DNA from: Balanoglossus misakiensis
Taxonomy: Eukaryota > Animalia > Hemichordata
Direction: 5' to 3'
DNA length: 64,000 nt
NCBI GenBank assembly: GCA_040954595.2
Contig: CM082592.2
Location: 5,880,308 to 5,944,307, forward strand
The position numbers and the translations under genes are program-made. Of this stretch, positions 36,016 to 46,160 are shown one piece after another; position 1 is the stretch's first letter, and every line of letters begins with the position of its first letter. The notes beneath the pieces were generated by a model. That model did no database searches. It was not told where the DNA came from and saw only the letters and a list, made by a program, of their open reading frames with translations.

Positions 36016-37764
36016 TCACATGAAGTTATTCCGCATATTACCCCTTCCCCGGAAACCTCTTCCACGGTTTCTGTTGTTTGGATTATAAGGATGAAACCGT
36101 CTGTCTGGATTGTGAAGCGAATTCCGCAATAGACCAGGCTGCTTATAGGAAGACCTGCCTTGAAAGGTACTTTGATTAAAGGAACTGCCAAAGTGACTTT
36201 CTTGGAAGTTACTGTGGTCATTGCCGTTCGCATCAAAATATTCCTGCTGTTGATGATGGCATTCTCCACCCATATTGTTTTTCCAGTTCGGTTCAAAGCC
36301 ACGATTGGGATTAAACCTTCCACGGTTTGCATTCGTTCGGTTCAAAACAGCATTAACCGCTCGTTCTTGCGCAATCTTCGCAGTCTTTTCCTGCATTATT
36401 TTCGTGGCTGTTTCCTGCGCTATTTTAGCAGCCATTCCCTGCGCTATTTTCGCAGACTCTTCTTGTGCTCTTTCCTTAGACTCGTCTCGCGCTTGCTCGA
36501 CCTTCTGCGGGATCGGGGTGGCCGGAGCAGCCGAGAATTCATCACCATTTCTCGCACCTGCAGGACCAGTCTCATCAGAGCAGAAGTCCTCCCTCTCCTC
36601 GCGGTCGGTCTTCTCGTCCACTTGTTTCACGACATCCCGCGTAACTTCCGGACGCCTTGGATCTCTGATCTTCAGATCGTCGACGTAGTTTTCCCTGGCA
36701 ATGCTGTGGCCCCTGGCCTCGTTGAAGGCCTCAATCGCTTCATCCGGCGACCACTTGAGGCAGTCGGCCATGTACCGACAGATCATGTACCCTGTCCTGT
36801 TCACGCCGTGCGTACAATGCACGCCGATCTGCTTGTTGTTCCACTTGTTCCGCCTGAAGAAGTCGACGACCACGTCCTGGAATCGTTGGACGATGTCCGC
36901 CTTGGGGACGAACTGGCCCTCGGTGAAGATCTTCACGTATTCGACTCCGACGTCGGTGATGTCCGATGAGTTGTAGTACCTGTCGGTGTTGGTCAGGTCT
37001 ATCACCATGCCCAGCTCGCGTCTCTGACACTGCAGCACGGTGAACAGGTCCATTGTCGTGAACTTTTCACCGGGTAGCATGTTCTGGCACACAGAGTCGA
37101 GCAGAGGTACCTTGAAGCCAAACATGCGAGTTGATGATATGGTGTCGCCGACTGGTCGGAAGACCCGCCACCCTTCTGGCACCGACTTCTTCTTCTTCTT
37201 TTTCTTTTTCTGTTTCGGTTCATCAGACGCTTGCGCTGACGGCTGTGTCGACTTAGGATTATCGATCACCGTTTCCCTGCGACTTGGCACAGACATGGGG
37301 TTTGTTGTCAGTAACGCAAAGCGACTGGATGACTTGATGGTCTCGGCAAAATCTGGAAAACGTCGCAGTTCTGATTCCGCCTCTGGTAATGGCGTATTGC
37401 TCTTCTTACCTTTCTTCTTTTTCTTCTTCTTCTTATTCGTTTTTGTTGCCGTGGGTTTCCCTGGTCGCACCATGAAAGGACCATCTGGTTGTGCCATGAA
37501 TCTATTCTGTGGTGGTGCCATGGGACCCTCTGGTCGTGCCATGAATCTCTTCTGTGGTGGTGGTGGTGCCATGAAGGGACCATCTGGTTGTGCCATGAAT
37601 CTCTTCTGTGGTGGTGGTGCCATGAAGGGACCTTCTGGTTGTGCCATGAATCTATTCTGTGGTTGCGCCATGATGGGACCCTCTGGTCGTGCCATGAATC
37701 TATTCTGTGGTTGCGCCATGAAGGGACCCTCTGGGCGTGTCATGAAATGATTATTAAGAAACAT
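36016..37764 (-). CDS. Second DUSP11/PIR1-like RNA 5'-triphosphatase, intronless, 582 aa, with N-terminal Pro/Met/Phe repeats, poly-Lys tracts and an Asn/Arg/Gly-rich tail
   Basis: VPEGWRVF...FKVPL...VIDLTNTDRYY...KIFTEGQFVP...IGVHCTHGVNRTGYMICRY...FNEARGHSIARENY. Uninterrupted ORF with ATG at 37764. Confidence 0.9.
   Translation of the reverse strand: MFLNNHFMTRPEGPFMAQPQNRFMARPEGPIMAQPQNRFMAQPEGPFMAPPPQKRFMAQPDGPFMAPPPPQKRFMARPEGPMAPPQNRFMAQPDGPFMVRPGKPTATKTNKKKKKKKKGKKSNTPLPEAESELRRFPDFAETIKSSSRFALLTTNPMSVPSRRETVIDNPKSTQPSAQASDEPKQKKKKKKKKSVPEGWRVFRPVGDTISSTRMFGFKVPLLDSVCQNMLPGEKFTTMDLFTVLQCQRRELGMVIDLTNTDRYYNSSDITDVGVEYVKIFTEGQFVPKADIVQRFQDVVVDFFRRNKWNNKQIGVHCTHGVNRTGYMICRYMADCLKWSPDEAIEAFNEARGHSIARENYVDDLKIRDPRRPEVTRDVVKQVDEKTDREEREDFCSDETGPAGARNGDEFSAAPATPIPQKVEQARDESKERAQEESAKIAQGMAAKIAQETATKIMQEKTAKIAQERAVNAVLNRTNANRGRFNPNRGFEPNWKNNMGGECHHQQQEYFDANGNDHSNFQESHFGSSFNQSTFQGRSSYKQPGLLRNSLHNPDRRFHPYNPNNRNRGRGFRGRGNMRNNFM
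37465..37746 (-). repeat. Coding tandem repeat, 6 units of 15-18 aa (FMA[R/Q]P[E/D]GP-FMA[Q/P]PQ[N/K]R)
   Basis: Repeated tgccatgaa...ggacc units visible in DNA and protein. Confidence 0.92.
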
Positions 37765-38012
37765 TATGGAGCAGATTTACCAGGTTTTCTTCTGAAACTA
37801 TCAGAGGACGATGGCAATGCCCGCAACATGCACAACCGGAACCTCGCACCACGCAGAGCGCCCTCATCTGACGTCACAGATGGTGAAATTTCCATCATCC
37901 AATCACGAACGACTTTACATGTCTTGTTGATACATGATCCATGTATACATTGTATAGTACGGGTAGTGTATTGTCGCGATAGGAATCATTTATACGGTCA
38001 CTTCCCAGCAAA
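37765..38012. promoter_or_regulatory. Bidirectional promoter between DUSP11-like and PPM1D with full CRE (TGACGTCA 37869-37876) and CCAAT (37899-37903)
   Basis: Divergent ATGs only 248 bp apart. Perfect palindromic CRE lies mid-interval. Confidence 0.7.
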
Positions 38013-41000
38013 ATGCCGCCGCTGATACCCTGTCTAGATCTGCGAGTGACGGCCGAAGCCAACCAGGGCGGCAGAAAGTACATGGAGGATCTGACGTCGA
38101 TTATATTTGAACGTGACCGCAACAAGGAAGTTGCGTTTTTCGGCGTGTACGATGGCCATGGTGGTCGCGAGGCCGCGGTCTTTGCCCGGGATCATTTGTG
38201 GGAAAACATTAAGAAGCAGAAGGGATTTTTTTCCAACGACCCGAACAGAGTGATCAAGGCAATCAGACAAGGATTCTTGGTCACCCACAAAGCTATGTGG
38301 AAACAGCTACGTAAGTGATCCCGTTCGAAAGTATAACTCTTTGTTTTTGGCGCGTCATTTTTTTAAGTCGTCAATGACAGTTTTTGTCCGGTGCACAAAG
38401 CGCGCGATGTTAACCCACATACGTATCTTTATAGTATTTGTGCGTGTCGGCGTTGAGAAATGATTTTTTTAAAATCCAGCACGCTAGCACAATAACAGAA
38501 TACACCAAAATTGTACAGACATATGTCACAAAATTTGCCACATTTCGCCGATTGCCCTTTGTTCGGTGGAAAATATCTATATTTTGGCGATTATGTAATG
38601 TACCGGCCTGGCAATGGCATCGCACACCCTTTCCCGGTGTTTTGTATTGAGCACTGACACTCTAGTGTAATCGTGGTACTTGTTGGTCATTTTTTTGTGA
38701 TCGGGCAGTAGTTGAATCTAGTAAAATCCTACAAACATCGTTTGCGAGTTTGAGAAAGCCTGCGATCTGAAGTGTGGAGAATATTTCGAATGAGTTTGTC
38801 GCACTTCCTGAGCGGTGGTGTCATCCACATCACCGCGTGTGTGTGTTTTGTTTCCGCCGTGATGATGGGGGAAATCACCGCGCCTTTTTACCCCTGCACC
38901 ATTCATCGGGAACGTAGAATAGAAACGATTGTTGTATCGTGCGTTCGCCGCACCAGTGCCATCACTGCTTTAGAAGGGAAACATTGATTGGTTGACCCAC
39001 TTAACACGTATGGAGGTTTTGGATAATTCATGTATTGATCTACGTTTTGTAACTAAGTGTGTTATATTGTGACAGTATGTCTCACTGACTAGACTGGGTT
39101 GTGAGATTCGGAACAACTCAAATTCACTGAAAATAGTGTGCCCATATTTACACACCCTGTACATGTATTAACAAACCATGAAAATGTTTAATCAATACAA
39201 TCTACGTTAATAAAAAGAACTTTGCATTCAAGGCCTAGGAAATATGGCATTTTAAAATAACATACTGAAATCAAACGCAGGGAAAATCTGATCACATTGT
39301 ATATGTCGTCAGCCCAAAAAATTAAAAGTACTCTCATTGTGTTCCATAGATTGGCTGTATGGTATACAACTTGTGGGTGACCTCTCGTGGGGTCAAAGGT
39401 TATAGGGCTTCCCTTGGACAGGTCCCAACATGTCAGCCCAGCCCAGTGTTGATGTAACAATGCGAGTCAGACATTCACAATCCAATACAATAGACTGGTG
39501 TAATGTCAGCAATTGCATTCTACAAAGGTCACATACCTTTCTGGAAATCATAATTGGTGATTTCTAAAAGTTCTGAAAATCTATTGTATCATTGTTACCA
39601 TGACAATGTAACAATGGAAGTTATAAACATTATACTTCCAATATGAAATCGTGGCATTGAAATTGATTAGTCAGTCACCAGTTTTGTAGAGCCACATTGT
39701 GGATCCAAACCGGTTTGCTGACGTTGTATGTAGGGCCTCTCTTAAACAAATAAAGTTTGTGGGTGGTTTTGTAAGAGCCTCTCTGTACACTACAGTGAGT
39801 GTTGATCAAATACTGCTAAGTTTATATTTTAATTAAAGATAGAAATTGATTGAGTATCACAGTGTCGGGTTTGATGACTGGTAAGTTTTTTGATGACAAT
39901 GCAAAAAAAATGTGAAGCTCTGTTGTCTTGCTGGATCTTTGTTTACATTCTCGGTTGTAAATATTATGATTGATGTTTTTGTTGAATCAAGTAGTACTGT
40001 ACTGTTTGGGTATTTTACGGTTGGATTAGCATATTGATGTAGTGTGTTACTGTGGCAGTGGAATAAACAAAGACTACATTGTCCATGTACCTGTAATCGT
40101 TTGATCACTTCAAACAAAGTTCAGATCAATGAAATAAAAGGTCTTCACGCCACAATTTGACTGTCTACAAACACCTGTTTCTGTGCCAGGTTATAAATAG
40201 AAATGACAACACTATGTGTACCTATGTCCTGGCCACTTCATTCAAGGCTGTCTGTCACGTGACCTAGCCCATATAGTCTTGCGCGTCGCTATTTTGAGAA
40301 AATTCATGTCAAGACTTGCTTCTTGGAAACAAAGGCATCGCATGTAGGGGGTGTTCCAAAGCTTTCTTTGAAAATACTTGCTCTGTTTTGAGGACAGTGA
40401 CCTGAAGATAAAAAAAGTACAGACCATAGAGTAATTCAACACATGGTGAACTTTTGCCTCTTCAGTCACTAGAATGTTAAATATGTCTATGAAGAGATGT
40501 ATGTCTCATTACTTGTTTGTTAGTATTGGATAAAATAAACTGTGTATCTACTACAAGTTAAGATTTCCAGGTTCACTCTCAGAACATGCGAAAATAAATT
40601 GAGGCTGCCCCATTTCTTGCGTATTGTGCACAAATCCCCAAGGCTCGTGGCTGGCCACAGATATGAGCCCACCTTTTTTCCTTAGTATCCATGTCTGTCA
40701 TTTCTCTATAACGCCCCTCACGGTAGTGACTGCATGTTTAAAACTTAATTCTCATATCAGTATCAATGCCCTGTATTTAATATCCATATCTTACACGATA
40801 CATTCTCTCCTCTTCTCCAACAGCCAAATGGCCAAAGACATTGTCGGGTCTGCCCAGCACGGCGGGAACCACAGTCAGTATCGTCATAATCCGCGGCGCT
40901 CGGATGTACATTGCACACGTCGGCGACTCCGGGGTCGTCATGGGCGTCAAGGAGCCCGGGAAAGAGAGAACGCGGGCGGTGCCGCTGACCTACGACCACA

Positions 41001-42973
41001 AACCGGAATCGCCGAAGGAGAGGAAGCGCATCGAGAGACTCGGGGGAAGAGTCGTGAACCGGTCGGGCGTGCAGCGTGTGGTGTGGAAGCGGCCGCGGTT
41101 GGACCACTCGGGTCCGGTGCGACGGAGCACGCAGATCGACTACATACCGTTTCTTGCCGTGGCTCGGTCTCTCGGTAAGAGCTTTTGTCAGCAATTTTTC
41201 GCTTGTCTGAGATTTTATTTGCTTGTACAATGCACCTAACAACAAATGTGAGAGTTTCTGCAGATTTCTGATTGTGATGAGTGTAATTTAGCCAAAAATA
41301 GTTGGCCAACATTGTAAAAAAACCCAGCCAGTATGCTGTTGTTTTGAAAATTATAAATGGACTGTTTGTATATCCCACACACCATGTATCATGGTATGTA
41401 CTGCAGCAGATGAAACGCCCACCCTTTTGCATGATCACTGCGATCTCTCTGAATCCACGCCCTGTACATTAAATGTTTGGGTACGACACTCCTTCATCAG
41501 CAGGTGGTCAGAAAATCCCTACAAATTTGATACTTTTAGCCTCAATTCTGTGTTCAATTGCAGGTCCATTTGCTGTTACACAATTTACATATTGGATTAG
41601 TTTCGTTTGGTTTGCGCGTAGCAAATTGAGCCATCTGTTCTGATGAATGCTTTTATGTATTATATTACAAAATATTCATTGAAGGTCTGGACCCTGATGA
41701 GAATTATGTGTACACGAGTGTTGTTAATTCAAGATTATATCCATAATGAAGTACCTATGGTGCTTTTAATTCTTGGCATGCAAATCCCCCAGTGTTAAAC
41801 AGTAATATTTTGTAAGTGAACTTATTAGTCGTGTCATTTTTTGTCTCGTAGGCGACCTGTGGAGTTACGATTTCTACAACGGTGAATACATGGTGTCACC
41901 GGAGCCCGACATCAGCGTACATCGTCTCAATGCGGACTTCAACAAATTCCTCGTGCTGGCCAGCGACGGACTCTGGAATATGGTCTTGCCTCAGGAAGCG
42001 GTGGACTTTGTGGAGCAGTGCGAGCAGGAAAAGACCACTTCGGTAAGGTTGTTTGTCCTGTACACTTTCACTCAAAGAATACATCTCTATTCTGTCTGCA
42101 TAATACAGTTGCAATGTCACTATGTTTGGGTGACATTGTCGCTGGTTATTTTTTGCTCAAAAAGAAACTTGTCAAACCACTTCTTATGGTATACTTTCAG
42201 TCATTAAAATAATCTTCATCCTGAATTTTGCTGCCACGAATTTTAATTATTAACAGTTATCGCATTTCTCTTGCTCCCTCCAGGCTAAACCGTGGCTGGG
42301 ACACGTGTCGCACCGACTGGTCAACAGAGCGCTGGACAAGTGGAGGGCCCGCACCATGCGCGCCGATAACACTTCCGTCATCGTGATCTTCTTCGAACAC
42401 CCGGAACCCAAGAGCAGCAGCACGGAGGGCAGCGGCCGATCGACGCCGGAACTGCAAGAGTCGGACAGCGACGTGCCCTCGCCCGGCCCTCCGATGCCGG
42501 CACTGCTGCGGCACCACGCGATGCAGAACAGCGGACTGTCGGCGGGAGAGAAGAGGCCGGCGCCGGAATCGGAGAGCCGGGAAGGCTCGGGCCCGGCGCC
42601 CAAGAAGCAAAAGACCGACCACAAGGAGAACGACACTACTACCTCATCGATCGCCGCCCGGGAGGCCAACCACGAAGGCCACCCGCCGGCCACGACGACG
42701 AACTTGACCCTGAAAACGAAGGACTTCTCGAGTTTCAGCGGTCACGATCTGTCGCACTTCTACAGCAATAACGGGTCTTCCCACTCCGCGTCCCGGAGAC
42801 ATTCCCTGCCGTGCGGCTTTGCGACAAGGCACCACATCACGCCGACGAAAGCAGGAGTCGGCAACGACAAGCCCGCGTCGTCGCCGGCAACGTCGGCCAA
42901 AAAGGGCAACATTACAAGAATGCAGCCGACATCTGTCAACGGACTCCTGAACACTTCAGTTTCAATCAGATAG
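38013..42973 (+). CDS. PPM1D: Protein phosphatase 1D (Wip1, PP2C family), 509 aa; exons 38013-38310, 40824-41174, 41852-42042, 42284-42973
   Basis: [46 protein letters not shown], basic B-loop [53 protein letters not shown]. Frame closes (1530 nt). Confidence 0.96.
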
Positions 42974-45900
42974 AATCCCCCAAAAATCAGATATGCAGAT
43001 CTATCTGCTCTTCCTTCACAATTGACTTTTTTTTCCGAATGTTGTGCAATGTGAAAGAATGGAAAACTTCAGCGTGTTCGAGCTACGTGATGATAAACAC
43101 TAAGTATGTACAAGAAACTAAAGGAACTCAACAGTACTTTTTATCACCAACACAGGGGATCTTTATGCAATTTTGTAGTACGGCTGCATGCAGACCAAGG
43201 CTACCTTGAATGATCATTGGAAATGTCTGCGTTGGCATAGCCCCCTAACCTCTTGGCAAACTTCACATGTCGAGGGAGGGGGGGGGGGGCCTTTCTGCAG
43301 CACAATTGTTCCAATTGCGTTCAGTAAAAAAATGATGATTGCTGTTTATCACCAACATTGTTGATCTCCAATTTCCACAACTGGCAGTGTTTACTTTAGC
43401 AGCTCAGAAAAACCACTTAATGAATTTTGTTTGTTTGGGTACTTCACCAAAAAGGCCAAACTTTGCTTTTGGTTATGCTGCCATCGCACATTCATTTTAC
43501 GCTTAATTTTTATTCAAAACAAGCTTTGTGTGTGTGTGTTTTGTGTGGCTGTTTTCATTTTGTGGCGATTTTGCGTGCTGCATGCACAATGATAAACTGG
43601 AGGGTTATTTTACAAAAATGTGATATAATAATTGTATTTAAATGAATGCTTTTTGGACATAGCATTGTCTTTATTTGTGACAAGATACATCTTGTAAGTC
43701 CAAAAAGTTTTTGTTGAAATAATTCTGCTTTTATTTTAAAAGCAAGACTTACTTCACAAACATATGCTGAGAGTGTGCCTCTGCCTACCAGATCTATTTA
43801 GTGAATTGCTTCCAATCTTTTTTTTTCAGTTCGAACTATTTATTGTTCAGTTTAGCTGCACCGGTTTATGCAAATTATTATCAAATTATTGCTAGTGTTG
43901 ATCATTATGCACATTCCAATTTTATAATTATCGACTCGTACAGGAATTGTGGCAAAACTATGGGGTATTTATTTTGAGTTTATTTCTTTACATTGATTGG
44001 ACTTTCTTTATCACAATCAGTGTTCTCCCCGGGGCCAGAGGGAAGCAGGGCGGCTAATTTGCATAATTTATGCAACATAATTTGCATAATATATTCATAC
44101 AATTTGCATAATGAATACAAGTTTCTTTTACAGGTTTTCTTTTCTTCTGTACCATCCATCACATTCATATAAACAAAAATAGCATAACAAACTCAAAATT
44201 ACATATCCTGCTATTTATTTACACTCTAGTTGTGACCCCCCCCCCCCCTGGAATTTGCCGCCACCCCTCGGCCGTAAAAACTGAAAAGTCCCTAAAGCAA
44301 TGATTTCTTTCCTGATAAAATCGACAAATTACTGATGGAAATTACTGTTATGCTGCTGAAAAAAACACAAAAAACGCCTGCCTTTTTTGTTATGTACATT
44401 GTGATTCACAATGTACATAACTCTAATATCTGTGTCCAAAGAAACGGGTTCCAAGTAACAGTCATTTAATAGAAGCGTTGATGATGATTTTTTTGAAAGT
44501 GGTAATTTATTTTCATAGGACTAATAACACTTGATTCAAAATGTAGTCAGTTTTTAGCTGCTGAATAATTTATACAAAGAATAGCAGTTGTGTTTGGCAA
44601 GGCCCTTTGATTGGGGGGTTGACGTTTCTACTGAAAAGTAAATCAGCAAAATTAACTTTCAATTCTTCATTCAGTAAGGAAAAAGTATAAAATGATTCAA
44701 TATAACTGCTGACTCTCCCCCCAGGAAAAATAACAATTAAATAGACTTAAATGCTGTTTAAAATTCCTATTTATAAAATTAAAACAAATTTATTGGTAAC
44801 AATTGAAAATCCCAAACCAGCTCTTTTGTTGTTTATATGCACATTGCCAAATTCCTAGTGACCAGATGAACTAATACTATTAAATTGTTTTATTTTTTTT
44901 CGACAAAGCAAAATTCAACCTGAGATGCTAAAATAGTCTCAAAAGTTAACAGTGGTAACACAGGTGGCGTCTTTGACATAAATTATAATAAACAATCAAG
45001 CAATAAAATATATAAGCACTGACTGTAACTTGGCAGTTTCGAAGAGTTGTATACATGTTATTTTTGCATATTATATGATGCAATTGGGGGAGAAAAAAAT
45101 TATACAAAGGTGAGCTGATATTTATTTGTACAGACAGTGTAAAGGTGTATTTTTCTGTGGTTGTATTACCCAAATACTGTGTGCATTATTATATATTTAG
45201 CAAGGTAGATTTCGGAAATTCTGTTTAGGTTTTAGTTGTGTTGCATTTTGTTTGTATTTGATCAAGTGGTGCAACTCTGCCAGAAGCTTTAGAAAGTTTG
45301 ATTTATTCACTGATATGCTTGTACATGTGTATTTTTTTGCCATCTCCTAAGCAATTATGGCCTCATTTGTTAGATGTGACTTCACCCGATGTCTGGGTCA
45401 CCAAGAATCCAAACCAGATACTTCCAGAGGAATTTTAAGATTGATTGAGAAAATTCTTGTCCTCATATAAAATTGCTCAGGCATATGACTATGAATTTTA
45501 ATCCTAGAGAATACATTTTCGAAAATTTCAGTATTGACTTAACGACTGACATTTCTACTGTTGGGTTAGTGTCGTACATCAGACTTTCTCTGAGAATCAT
45601 CAATTTTTATATTCCAGCTGTATTTCTGGCCTGGTCAGCTGTATACATTTAAAGTTTTTTAGATTTTATAGAAATATTTTATAATGTTTACACAGTTGAT
45701 GCTATGAAACCAACAACAGACAACCCTACTGATGTTGAAATGTACAGTTTTTATAGGCCATTAAAAAGTTACATGTACTATATACAGCAACAACTCTTGT
45801 GTTTGGAAATTGTGATTTTACCCCTCCCCCTTCCAAATTATGTATTTGACATGAAAGGGACAAAGTCTCTCTCTCCCTGTCCTTCAGAAAATGGAAGAGG

Positions 45901-46160
45901 GATAGCCAAGGACTTGTACTAAAGGTCTGAAATATTTCGAATACAAAAACACAGTAAATGTGAATGAAACTTGGATAAATTTCCAAGGCCTTTGTTTTGT
46001 TGCATGCCCTGACAAATAGGCTTGAGCACACACTAAAGATTGTTTTTTTTATAAATGTGATTTTATTCCATCTGAATGACAGAAAGAGAGGTGAAAATAA
46101 TACAGGTTTGTACAGGAATTTAGAAGAACCCTGACTGGTCAGTAAATCGGTATTGAAACT

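Noticed and set aside
37465-37746. Regularly spaced repeats resembling a CRISPR array
   Set aside because: The units are in-frame coding repeats without unique spacers, the context is eukaryotic and there are no cas genes.
33899-37764. Baculoviral (horizontal) origin of the intronless phosphatases
   Set aside because: Baculovirus PTP belongs to the same family as host DUSP11, so similarity is expected, and no viral genes flank them. A gene tree would be needed.
36160-38025. Long plus-strand ORFs (269, 236, 178 aa) opposite DUSP11-like copy 2
   Set aside because: Antisense shadows of a GC3-rich, repeat-containing CDS with no recognisable domains.
43273-43289. Poly-G/poly-C runs (also ~14557, 31735, 44235, 52210, 58495) as G-quadruplex elements
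   Set aside because: Homopolymer runs recur throughout the window without positional pattern, so they appear to be background for this genome.
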